A DNA stretch of 40,159 bases from a virus. Shown here one piece after another: positions 25,813 through 33,920 of the stretch. The stretch lies in IMG/VR virus record IMGVR_UViG_3300028916_000007; one strand, 5' to 3'. The notes below the pieces were generated by a model that was not told the DNA's origin, searched no databases, and saw only the letters and a program-made list of their open reading frames with translations. The first letter of the stretch is position 1. The number at the start of each line of letters is the position of its first letter. A program made the translations under genes and the position numbers.

Positions 25813-27231
25813 ATCGGCTCCTCCTGGAGCGGATGATCGTGAATGTGAACTTTTGCAGTTTTTGCATTCCATGTTGAATCCTGCACCATCGGCCGGTGTA
25901 ACTAGTCCTTCCCGGACCATAGAATATTCATAGAATACGTACGGTCCGCGCTCAATGGCCTCGTAGTGCTGACCATTCCAGTCACCGGAAGTGTTCTCAA
26001 TATTGTATGAAAGTGATAGGGATCCGTGCAGCGGTTCGCCGCTAGTAATCTTTTCGATCTCCCTTTGGGTGAGATCGAGCTCGTAGAATTGTGTGGTAGC
26101 GGCTACGTCTTTAGTGCCCGGCCGGGGGATCGGGTTCGCCAGTTGCCCTATGCGCCGGGATGACGGACTCAGATCCTCATGATTTGTCAGCACCGTAAGC
26201 CCTTGCAGCCATTTGGCATCTTTCGAAAACTCTTCGTACAGTCGTAGAACCGGAACGCCCAAGCCCCAAAATACCCCCTCCACCAATGGCACAGTAGGAC
26301 AGTATATGACGCCATCCTTCCGCTTGAGGGATTTGGCCTCAAAAACGACATCTGTAGATGTCTTGCCGGACTCTTTCATCTCTTTCTTTTTCTTCATAGA
26401 TCTTAGCCCCTCACAGCACCTGCAGCAAGTATGTACCTTCGCCGTATTCGATCCAGTAGATTCATATGTCCCGTCCGGGATCCGCCGGGCTTCGCCTGCT
26501 ATCGGAGCGCATTGGGAGCAGAGCCGTTCGTCCGGAGTGACAATTCGGAAGCCTTCATACTCGTTTGGATCGAGGACGCCTCTCTCACATGCGCTTTTGG
26601 TACTCCAGTATCCAGCCTGAGCTGAGGCCTCGCTGGTCTCGTTCACGGCGATAGTCAGCGCCCGCGAGTTGAGAAGCGCCCGGCCCCTCTTTTCGACAAG
26701 CTCCCAGACTCGCGCTTCGGACAGGCCCTTCGAAAACAGATTCTCGCTGTACTTCCTCAGCGTCTCGGCCCGGCGCTCATCGAGGCCCACAAGCTCCCGG
26801 ATCTGCCGAGCCTGGTTCCGTGGTGTGATTCCGGACTCGTAGCCTTCCCGGACTATGTTTCGAATTGCTCGCTTCGTACTGGCATCGATGTCTACTACAT
26901 CCTCGACCCCGTACTTCTCGATCCATTCCAGGGCACGCGGGTCTACGTAGTCGAATTTCGCCCCACCGGCGACCTTTCCGATGTACTCGCCGTCGATGTC
27001 CAGGCAGACAGAGAAGAGATCCTTCAGCCGCTCTTTGGGGTCGAAGTCTTCCCATTTTACGCCGCCGACAATGGCATCACCGTTGGCATGAGTGGCCAGG
27101 TCGCGTTCCAGTTGCGCCCAGTCGGTGTTTTGGACTGTGACCTTAACAGACTTCAGAAAGTCCTTCTCAATGTCCTTGGCGGCATCGGCCTGGGCTGATA
27201 GGAGATCATCGACGAATTCGGGAACGGACAT
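25432..27231 (-). CDS. Minor head protein (SPP1 gp7 / Mu F-like) fused to a central domain and a C-terminal scaffold-like coiled coil
   Basis: 599 aa. MuF motifs are RALTIAVNETSEASAQAG and DERLCSQC...VHTCCRCC. The C-terminal ~125 aa are charged coiled coil (MEFEEMKQAIDEALAPLTEKLATLEQKNTALE...). Confidence 0.7.
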   Translation of the reverse strand: MSVPEFVDDLLSAQADAAKDIEKDFLKSVKVTVQNTDWAQLERDLATHANGDAIVGGVKWEDFDPKERLKDLFSVCLDIDGEYIGKVAGGAKFDYVDPRALEWIEKYGVEDVVDIDASTKRAIRNIVREGYESGITPRNQARQIRELVGLDERRAETLRKYSENLFSKGLSEARVWELVEKRGRALLNSRALTIAVNETSEASAQAGYWSTKSACERGVLDPNEYEGFRIVTPDERLCSQCAPIAGEARRIPDGTYESTGSNTAKVHTCCRCCEGLRSMKKKKEMKESGKTSTDVVFEAKSLKRKDGVIYCPTVPLVEGVFWGLGVPVLRLYEEFSKDAKWLQGLTVLTNHEDLSPSSRRIGQLANPIPRPGTKDVAATTQFYELDLTQREIEKITSGEPLHGSLSLSYNIENTSGDWNGQHYEAIERGPYVFYEYSMVREGLVTPADGAGFNMECKNCKSSHSRSSAPGGADMEFEEMKQAIDEALAPLTEKLATLEQKNTALEGGLKSWKAQAEADKKAQVFEAFQSKLKPGHQEKSKELFEAYQKDPAKWVLENADKFVQAREARGLQGRAITEGGQGGFDLEQERAKLKAEGKVI

Positions 27232-27234
27232 GGC

Positions 27235-28608
27235 CTACACCGTCTTCTGGGAAGGGTTGAGGACGTTGCCTTCTGCGCCCATGTTCCCGAAGATGAGCTT
27301 GTGCTCGGCGGCGAGCTTCTCAATCTCTTCGTCGGAAAGTTCGGTCAGTCCTTCCAGCTTGCGATATTCGTTTAGGGTGATTGAATGTGATCGGAAGTTC
27401 TCAAGATTCTTCTGGTGTTCGGCTTTCTGGTCGGCAGGAGTCCAGCTCCACCAGGCGAATTCATCATACAGCTCGAATCCGTTGGCAGTAAGCCACCAAT
27501 CCCAAAGACCTTCATATGGCCTTCCAACTTTCTCCTGTTCCTTGGTGATGACCATATCGATTATTTCTTTTGCAGGAGCAGCGGAAACTGATATGGCCTG
27601 ATTCAATTGCTCAAGGACATCTTTCAGGAAGAAGAAAGATATTATTTCCTCTTTTAGATATTTATCAGCCACCCATGGGTCCAACGGCATCGAGACGTTG
27701 GGATACTCGATACGGGTTCCTGGAAGGGCAACCTTCTTGTTGGCGCTGCTCTGGTTCTCTGCCAGGTCGTCACAGTGGTCTATGAGGTCCTGGACTTTCA
27801 CCGGAATTTTCGCCGCGATCATGGCGACAAGGTCCTTGGCGTCTATCCTTTCTGTCTCGTTTGGCACCGCTACCCTGCGCTCCGCTGTCATGCTATACTT
27901 GCGTATTTCCTTCCAGGATTCGATAGTTGGATTGAGCGCCTTCAAGACAGAAATGTCATCTGGGATCGATACATCCTCGATGTAGATGATGTTCTCGCCG
28001 TCGATCTCTTTCGCCAGGCCGCCTCCGATGGTGCCCGCGTTCTGGAAGAATCTCGTGAGATCCTGCTTGCTGTCGTAGACCACGCCCAGCAGGATCTTGT
28101 CTGCCAGGTAGTCATTGCCGCCAAGAGAAGAAGCGGTGCCGAAGCTCTGAGCAGGTAGATGCTGCACCTCCGCGAAGTTGAGCCAGTTGCCTTCTTGGAT
28201 AGTCGAGTATTCAGCCAATGCCTGCCGGAAACTCCACACGTCGAGAGCCGCCGCGCGCACAAGACCCAATGTGCCGTATTTCCGGGCCTTTCCTACCCGG
28301 CCTATCCTCTTCTCTTGGATCCGGATCTGAGCCAATGCCTTCTCGATGTTCGGGCCTTGCTTGTCGTCGCTGCTATCGATTGGCCGGAGCGTGTGGTCGA
28401 ATCCTGAGAAGCACAGTCCCGACAGACCAGACAGGGATTCAAGGACGATGGGTATAGAACGGTTCGCTGCTATGCGATCGGCTGAGACTACAGTAGATCG
28501 ATCCTGATAGCCGTAGGGCGAATTGTAGCGGACCACCGGACGGCCTTGCATCTCAGGAGCGGCGGCTTCGCTCTGCTTCTTTCCGAAGAATCGATCTAAG
28601 AATTTCAT
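27235..28608 (-). CDS. Portal protein
   Basis: 457 aa, between TerL and the MuF-like gene. Typical size and position. Confidence 0.7.
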   Translation of the reverse strand: MKFLDRFFGKKQSEAAAPEMQGRPVVRYNSPYGYQDRSTVVSADRIAANRSIPIVLESLSGLSGLCFSGFDHTLRPIDSSDDKQGPNIEKALAQIRIQEKRIGRVGKARKYGTLGLVRAAALDVWSFRQALAEYSTIQEGNWLNFAEVQHLPAQSFGTASSLGGNDYLADKILLGVVYDSKQDLTRFFQNAGTIGGGLAKEIDGENIIYIEDVSIPDDISVLKALNPTIESWKEIRKYSMTAERRVAVPNETERIDAKDLVAMIAAKIPVKVQDLIDHCDDLAENQSSANKKVALPGTRIEYPNVSMPLDPWVADKYLKEEIISFFFLKDVLEQLNQAISVSAAPAKEIIDMVITKEQEKVGRPYEGLWDWWLTANGFELYDEFAWWSWTPADQKAEHQKNLENFRSHSITLNEYRKLEGLTELSDEEIEKLAAEHKLIFGNMGAEGNVLNPSQKTV

Positions 28609-29220
28609 CTAAGTCCTCTTGCCCTTCAAACGAGACTGCCCCCAACCACAATCTACCGCGCCCGCGTTCTGTTCTGCCCACCAGGCCGCCATAGCCACCG
28701 ATAGCACCAGATCATCATGGTCTGCCTCTCGCCAGGCCGAATAAGAATCGTGTGCGGTGACCGGATCGATTTTGACCTTGAAATTCAGAAGCTCGTTCTG
28801 CAAAACCGATGCCAACGGCAGCTTCTTAGAGATCTTTAGCCTGCCGCCCTGAAAGAGCACTTGTAGGCTGCCCACCAGGTCGCGCTTGGGAACCCGCCAG
28901 GTGTCGCCCTCATGAGATGCCTTGTCACCACCATGAATTAGCACGCCCACCGGATCGAGCCCCGCCTGCCTGAAGAGATCGACCACCGGCGCGCCCACCC
29001 CCGTCTGATCGACCACAAGGGCAGCCTGGCCCGCCAGGGCAGGAGATCTCATGATCTCTGTGACTTTGGACACGATCTGAGGATAGGGCACGCCCCGGAC
29101 GCGCTCCAGATGCCTGACCTGATAGGAAGACTCGCTGCCTGGGGCCACCTGATCAAGCACAGAAAGGGCTGTATAGTCGCTGCTCTGGCCGAGATCGAGA
29201 CCTACGTAGAATTTTGACAT
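28609..29220 (-). CDS. terL: Terminase large subunit, C-terminal RNase H-like nuclease domain (separate ORF)
   Basis: 203 aa. It starts MSKFYVGLDLGQSSDYTAL (first catalytic Asp motif) and ends with READHDDLVLSVAMAAWW. Its ATG shares one nt with the TGA of the ATPase ORF. Confidence 0.8.
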   Translation of the reverse strand: MSKFYVGLDLGQSSDYTALSVLDQVAPGSESSYQVRHLERVRGVPYPQIVSKVTEIMRSPALAGQAALVVDQTGVGAPVVDLFRQAGLDPVGVLIHGGDKASHEGDTWRVPKRDLVGSLQVLFQGGRLKISKKLPLASVLQNELLNFKVKIDPVTAHDSYSAWREADHDDLVLSVAMAAWWAEQNAGAVDCGWGQSRLKGKRT

Positions 29221-30002
29221 CAGAACAACGGCTCCACATCATCACTAATTGCTTCTGCTATCATATCGTAGCTGAAGACACTATCTATATTTTCAGTGAA
29301 GGCACAATGATATTCCTGCTCGAACCAGGGGTTTGTTCGCTTCTCTTCTGCTATGAACTCTTTCGTTATGCGTGGGCACATTTCCGCCGGGATTTCATGT
29401 GCTTCCCACAAATCCCGCTGCTCGCTCCAGATATTCCAGAAGTGCCCCCGCTTGCCAAAAGGAGTGCTCATCAGGATATGCCTGCCATTGGACACGGCGA
29501 GCATGGGCCTGACCGTATTGTAGAGCACATCCAAAACCCGGCTCGCTTCGTCTTCCAGCAGCAGAGTCACTGCCGAGAAGGATCTTGCGCTCTTCTCGGA
29601 CCCCGGACGAGCTATGAAGCGATTGCCATTCGCGAATCGGACTGCAAGTTTTGTGTCGGTGCTCAGATAGTCGGAAGGTAGTTCAACCGCGCCCCGGAAC
29701 TCATCGAACTTGAGCATCAACTCAGAGCTCTGGTCTTGAGTGGGAGCGATCACAAGCCCGAAAGAAGGCCTGCGATAGATGGACTCATGAAGCCCCAGGG
29801 CGGCGCATGTTGTACTTTTTCCGCTCTGACGCGAGCAATTGAGGATGATCTTCCTCGAGCGGCTGCGGAGGAGATCGGCCTGCCAGGGATCAGGATGATA
29901 GCCCAGGACTTCCTTGCACCATAAGACAGGATCGGCCCCGTAAACAAGGTCATCGGCCACGGATGGCATTGACAACAGCCGCCTTTGCTTCGGGATACGC
30001 AT
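29220..30002 (-). CDS. terL: Terminase large subunit, N-terminal ATPase domain (separate ORF)
   Basis: 260 aa. Walker A is CSRQSGKSTT and Walker B is VTLLLEDEAS. Confidence 0.85.
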   Translation of the reverse strand: MRIPKQRRLLSMPSVADDLVYGADPVLWCKEVLGYHPDPWQADLLRSRSRKIILNCSRQSGKSTTCAALGLHESIYRRPSFGLVIAPTQDQSSELMLKFDEFRGAVELPSDYLSTDTKLAVRFANGNRFIARPGSEKSARSFSAVTLLLEDEASRVLDVLYNTVRPMLAVSNGRHILMSTPFGKRGHFWNIWSEQRDLWEAHEIPAEMCPRITKEFIAEEKRTNPWFEQEYHCAFTENIDSVFSYDMIAEAISDDVEPLF

Positions 30003-30435
30003 CTAGCGCCGTAATGACCACTGTTCGCAGCTCCACCCATTCGGGATTATTGATAATCGTGATTTGTGGGCCGTCCTTGATCTGCCCCTCTGCCTTCAGA
30101 CAGGTTTCAAGGCAGCCCCTGGCCTCCCTGATGCCAAGCAGAGCAGTCTTAAGATCACCCGACTTTTCAGCTTTCTCCAGGATGGACAAAGCCTTGGTCT
30201 TCAATTGTCGTACTTCGGCCAGAGTATCTGTGCCTTTGATGCTTTCCACTTCAGACTTTAAATCATTCGATTTTGATATTATTTCTGGTAATTTTTTCTG
30301 TTTATAATAATCCAAATCCTGCCAACGAATATCCGGATATTCTTCGATTATCTTCGAATACTCCTCACCAGCCGCGAGCTTGGTTATGATTTTTTTCGAG
30401 TTTGGATGAGATTCGATCTTGGACTTTCGGCCCAT
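29950..30435 (-). CDS. terS: Terminase small subunit (positional/HTH-like)
   Basis: 161 aa, immediately upstream of and overlapping TerL. N-terminal HTH-like KKIITKLAAGEEYSKIIEEY followed by a helical oligomerisation-like region. AGGAG SD upstream. Confidence 0.55.
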   Translation of the reverse strand: MGRKSKIESHPNSKKIITKLAAGEEYSKIIEEYPDIRWQDLDYYKQKKLPEIISKSNDLKSEVESIKGTDTLAEVRQLKTKALSILEKAEKSGDLKTALLGIREARGCLETCLKAEGQIKDGPQITIINNPEWVELRTVVITALDAYPEAKAAVVNAIRGR

Positions 30436-30542
30436 CTAGTTCTCCTGAATATAATTTGGATGGTGGCCGGGATGGCTACCGGCCCGTTGGTCTGACGCAT
30501 CAAGGCTCAATTCAGCCACAAGAGCCTCTTATCATCGCCGAT

Positions 30543-30623
30543 GATCCAAGGCAGGAGTCGAACCTGCGTGCGCTTGGTAGCGCAACCGGAAAGCCAGCCG
30601 CCTCACCGTTCGGCCTCTTGGAT
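30543..30623 (-). tRNA. tRNA-like element with canonical acceptor, D and T arms but a non-canonical anticodon region (isotype not assignable)
   Basis: The minus strand reads ATCCAAG AG GCCG AACGGTGAGG CGGC T GGCTTTCCGGT TGCGC TACCAA GCGCA C GCAGG TTCGACT CCTGC CTTGGAT C. It has a 7-bp acceptor stem, a 4-bp D stem with GG in the loop and a 5-bp T stem with a TTCGACT loop. No 5-bp stem with a 7-nt loop can be drawn in the middle. Confidence 0.45.
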
Positions 30624-30693
30624 CGAATAATTATCAGGCTGCCCGAATCACGATATCCGCTCATTGGTTGGGCAGCCGGTGTATAGTCGATCA

Positions 30694-30846
30694 TCATGAT
30701 TGCTTGATCCACCCACCCAGGATCAGGCAGAGCCGATCAAACTCTTTCGGCTCGCCCTCGATTCTTAGCCCCTGGCCGGTGATTGTGATCTTTGGGAGGC
30801 TTTCCGCTACACCGTCTGCCCATAGATCGATATCAACTGATCGCAT
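30694..30846 (-). CDS. Unannotated 50-aa protein, first gene of the late block
   Basis: Hand translation gives MRSVDIDLWADGVAESLPKITITGQGLRIEGEPKEFDRLCLILGGWIKQS. GAGG lies 4 nt upstream of the ATG, and a TATA-like aaatataac lies further upstream. Confidence 0.45.
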   Translation of the reverse strand: MRSVDIDLWADGVAESLPKITITGQGLRIEGEPKEFDRLCLILGGWIKQS

Positions 30847-30936
30847 AAAACCTCGATAAAATAGTTATATTTCCGAGCCACCCGGTCAGTAGCCGGATGT
30901 CTGCCCAGATGTAAGATAAAATATAGATTATGTTAT

Positions 30937-31263
30937 TTAAGACTTTCGTTGACATCCGGCCCGAAATTTATTTTCTGCCATTTTCTTTTCCCGTTTGCTC
31001 ATTTTCTGCCCTTCCGGATTTCCATCATTATAGATTGTCCCGCAGCTTTCGCACGCAGCAAAACCTCTTTCATCCACCCTCACGATTTTTTGCACATGCA
31101 GACAGTACCGACACTGAAAATGTCCGGCAGGAAGATCAAACATCTTCACGTTTCCGTATAGATCCTCAGCCATCACCTGCACGCTTCCAGCCCGCCATGC
31201 CTGCCCGACGCGGTTTTCTGTGCTGTGTGCGAGCCTGCCATGTGGCTTGCATTCATCTTTCAT
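30937..31263 (-). CDS. Zinc-ribbon protein
   Basis: 108 aa with CRYC...(17 aa)...CESC and a basic C-terminus. ATGA overlap with the upstream gene. Confidence 0.5.
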   Translation of the reverse strand: MKDECKPHGRLAHSTENRVGQAWRAGSVQVMAEDLYGNVKMFDLPAGHFQCRYCLHVQKIVRVDERGFAACESCGTIYNDGNPEGQKMSKREKKMAENKFRAGCQRKS

Positions 31264-31460
31264 CGCCCACCCTCTTTCACCCGATAGAGCCAGATCCCAT
31301 GAGGTCCAGCCTTGTATTCGACTTTCTTATTTTTTCGCATACGACGGCAACCATCATATACCACGTTTGGCTGATCCGCGCCAATTCCGACGACGATTTC
31401 TTTCACCGGATGCCAACCAGGATTCTCCTGGAGCCAGGCTTTGATTTCGTCCTGGCTCAA
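31260..31460 (-). CDS. Small winged-helix-like DNA-binding protein
   Basis: 66 aa with a TTG start overlapping the upstream TGA (TTGA). HPVKEIVVGIGADQPNVVYDGCRRMRKNKKVEY is wHTH-like. Confidence 0.4.
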   Translation of the reverse strand: MSQDEIKAWLQENPGWHPVKEIVVGIGADQPNVVYDGCRRMRKNKKVEYKAGPHGIWLYRVKEGGR

Positions 31461-31618
31461 TAGATCACCTCATCAGCGCACGGACAGGCACCCCGCTTCC
31501 AGAGCTCGCTACATAGGTTGCATCCATTTTCATCATTGTATGTGCACACGATTGCCGCCTTTCCGAGCTTCGCGGCTTCTGTATTCAGGCGCATCCAAGC
31601 GCATGAGATCAGAGTCAT
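31457..31618 (-). CDS. Unannotated 53-aa Cys-rich protein
   Basis: Hand translation gives MTLISCAWMRLNTEAAKLGKAAIVCTYNDENGCNLCSELWKRGACPCADEVIY. ATGA overlap upstream and TTGA overlap downstream. Confidence 0.45.
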   Translation of the reverse strand: MTLISCAWMRLNTEAAKLGKAAIVCTYNDENGCNLCSELWKRGACPCADEVIY

Positions 31619-31749
31619 TCAGAACCATCCACTTCTCGCAGAAGCCGCCGAATTTCGTATATGCGTTGTGCCGGGGTTCTGTTTGCATCATGACAAAAAT
31701 CATGTATCTGTATCATCAGGGCTTCGGACGACATTGATGCATGAGTCAT
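31615..31749 (-). CDS. 44-aa protein (internal start of track ORF 31615-31857)
   Basis: The ATG at 31749 overlaps the TGA of the nuclease gene (ATGA). Sequence MTHASMSSEALMIQIHDFCHDANRTPAQRIYEIRRLLREVDGSE. Confidence 0.4.
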   Translation of the reverse strand: MTHASMSSEALMIQIHDFCHDANRTPAQRIYEIRRLLREVDGSE

Positions 31750-32522
31750 GCCGTTACCTCCTTCGCTTTCGCTTTGCTCTTTTTTGGCCTGATGATATTT
31801 GTGCACGGTACGAATCGAGCCATCGACATAGCCAACTTTTCGCCGATGCCCGCGCAATCCGTCAGATACATATCGCCTTTTTTCGGCATCAGGCTAATCG
31901 AAAATTTTTCTAAGACTGCTTTTGCCTTTGCCGGTCCGATGCCCTTCCCAGCCAGGATGCACAGCCCGACTGTCTGTCTTTCTCCTTCGGATGGCGCTGG
32001 CGCAAAACCACTCAGGTCGCCGCCTTCCAAGATCTTCCGGACCCTGAGGAGCATCCTCTTCCAGGGATCTGTCTTGAACCGCCAGACCTGGACATTTAGG
32101 GCGATGCAGTTGGCCTCGAAGCCTTCCACCATCCTGTAGTACTCCATCAGCTTATCGAGATCGACCCCATGGCCCGCCGTGGCCCGACTAGCGGCCTTTC
32201 GGATAGCAGCGCCTACGTCATTGTCATCTCCCAACACAACGACTGCAAGAGGCTGCTGTAGTTCCCTGGCGGAGAGGACCTGCTCCCAGAGGTGGCCATT
32301 CAAGATCGATGCCAGGTAGTCGCTGCCCGCGTCCTCGGAGAAGTCCTTGAGCTCGACATGGAAAACGTTCTCGCCGTGATTGAAACGAAGATCAAAAAGC
32401 AAAGCTTCTGATGCTTTCCAGAGGAGAAAGCGATCGTCTGCCTCTACGGCTTGCTCGATCTTCTCGGCCCTCGGCCTGGCCGCTTCGTTGTGGTCGAGAG
32501 AGGCGAGGATGGGAGAGATCAT
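31746..32522 (-). CDS. XPF/ERCC4-family (PD-(D/E)xK) nuclease with two C-terminal helix-hairpin-helix motifs
   Basis: 258 aa. Nuclease core FHVELKDFSEDAGSDYL. HhH motifs GKGIGPAKAKAVLEKF and CAGIGEKLAMSMARF. Confidence 0.55.
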   Translation of the reverse strand: MISPILASLDHNEAARPRAEKIEQAVEADDRFLLWKASEALLFDLRFNHGENVFHVELKDFSEDAGSDYLASILNGHLWEQVLSARELQQPLAVVVLGDDNDVGAAIRKAASRATAGHGVDLDKLMEYYRMVEGFEANCIALNVQVWRFKTDPWKRMLLRVRKILEGGDLSGFAPAPSEGERQTVGLCILAGKGIGPAKAKAVLEKFSISLMPKKGDMYLTDCAGIGEKLAMSMARFVPCTNIIRPKKSKAKAKEVTA

Positions 32523-33404
32523 CTACCCCTCCACTGGAACGAGCGCGCCTGCCTGCTCCATCTCAGCTCTGTCGTACATTCCTCCCAAATTTTGCGGGAA
32601 AGCTTCCCTGAGCGCCTGGACGAGGGCCACTTTCCTGATCATTGTGCCCGGCATCTTCATCCAGTTTTTCTTTCCAGTATTGTACTCAGCCAGGACAACC
32701 TCTGCTTTGGTGGGCACCTTCCGATCCTTTCGATGGACACTCGCCCATCCGCCCAATAGCAGCTCCTCGGATGGCAGATAGAATGTGCCTTCCCGGTGGA
32801 TCAGCTCACCGCCCTCTTTCAGCCGGACTATGATGCCCGCCTCGAAGCCGTCGAATTGTGGATGTGTCTCTGCTTTTTCGGTGAAATACTCTTTTCCGGC
32901 GATGAAAGAGACGTTGCGGTCGCCCTTCTCGTTCTCGAATATCGCGAGATAGACCTGCTTTGTCATCGGGTCCGCGCCCTTTCTCCGGCAGAACTCTGCG
33001 AAGAGGTAAGCCTCTTGCTCCGTCGCCTTGGGATTGATGTAGTTGATGATATCCTGGGGTGTCAGGCCCGCCAGACCTTTGCCGCTTGGTGGGATTTGGC
33101 CAGATCTCTGAGTTGCAGGCACATTAGGACGTTCCGACTTAGCCTCGTTCCTTGGGGCTCTGGCGGGCTCCTGGGGCGTTTCCATGATGATCTCTATGAG
33201 CTTTTCGTGGATGCTCTGCATGAGCGGTGCGTCCGGGGAGGATACCTGCAGCCTGCCTTCCGGGCTGCATGATACCAGCACATCGCCAGGCATCAGAGTT
33301 ATGCCGCCGTTGTCTGATAGGGATTTTGTGTATTCAGGATGCAGCTCACAGAAAGTCTTTACGGCATCAACGACTTCCTGTCTGCGGAGGACCCGGGCGG
33401 CCAT
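32523..33404 (-). CDS. RecT/Bet-family single-strand annealing protein
   Basis: 293 aa. The C-terminal signature is KNWMKMPGTMIRKVALVQALREAFPQNLGGMYDRAEM, with KGADPMTKQVYLA upstream. Confidence 0.75.
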   Translation of the reverse strand: MAARVLRRQEVVDAVKTFCELHPEYTKSLSDNGGITLMPGDVLVSCSPEGRLQVSSPDAPLMQSIHEKLIEIIMETPQEPARAPRNEAKSERPNVPATQRSGQIPPSGKGLAGLTPQDIINYINPKATEQEAYLFAEFCRRKGADPMTKQVYLAIFENEKGDRNVSFIAGKEYFTEKAETHPQFDGFEAGIIVRLKEGGELIHREGTFYLPSEELLLGGWASVHRKDRKVPTKAEVVLAEYNTGKKNWMKMPGTMIRKVALVQALREAFPQNLGGMYDRAEMEQAGALVPVEG

Positions 33405-33838
33405 CAGTTGTCGCCTCCGATCTTGACTTCCATAGTAGCGTCATGCTCTTTCAAGAACTGCTTTATCTCCTGGACTTCGGCGAACTCGTTCAGAGAGCGG
33501 TTTGTCTGCGCTTTCTTGATCGCCTCGGCCACATCCAACGAGCCTTGAGATCTACCTTTCAGGCCCATCGATGCATATTCCTTGATTGTGCCAAGGGCAC
33601 TTTCGCATACAGAGAGCTTCATGGCGCGCTCTTCTGGGGTATCTGCCCAATCCAGGAGATTCTTTTTCAGGGTCTCGAGATTCCCCTCGATCATGCTCAC
33701 GGCCATTCCCAAAGCGTCCACCGGATCTGCTTCGGTTCGGAGCTGGATGATAGCAGACTGTACGAACGTCTTGATATCCTCAGGAGAGGACATGCTCATA
33801 GCCGTGCTCAGCTTCGATAGTGCTTTTTCTTTGCTCAT
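33404..33838 (-). CDS. Hypothetical helical protein
   Basis: 144-aa ORF whose stop shares nt 33404 with the RecT start. Confidence 0.4.
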   Translation of the reverse strand: MSKEKALSKLSTAMSMSSPEDIKTFVQSAIIQLRTEADPVDALGMAVSMIEGNLETLKKNLLDWADTPEERAMKLSVCESALGTIKEYASMGLKGRSQGSLDVAEAIKKAQTNRSLNEFAEVQEIKQFLKEHDATMEVKIGGDN

Positions 33839-33918
33839 TTCTTCTCATCTCCTTCCACTGCTTCAGGTTCTATGTCTACCATCGATTCCTCTACCAGTTT
33901 CTTTCGCGCATCTGACAT
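33835..33918 (-). CDS. Possible 27-aa acidic peptide
   Basis: The ATG at 33918 lies 2 nt after the helicase stop, with GGAGGG 8 nt upstream. Sequence MSDARKKLVEESMVDIEPEAVEGDEKK. Its stop overlaps the next start. Confidence 0.25.
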   Translation of the reverse strand: MSDARKKLVEESMVDIEPEAVEGDEKK

Positions 33919-33920
33919 TT

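Noticed and set aside
30402-30712. ORFs 30402-30686 (+) and 30512-30712 (-) in the terS-upstream region
   Set aside because: Both overlap the tRNA-like element and a GGCCGG-N8-CCGGCC hairpin (30465-30484). They have no start context or coupling and are likely non-coding.
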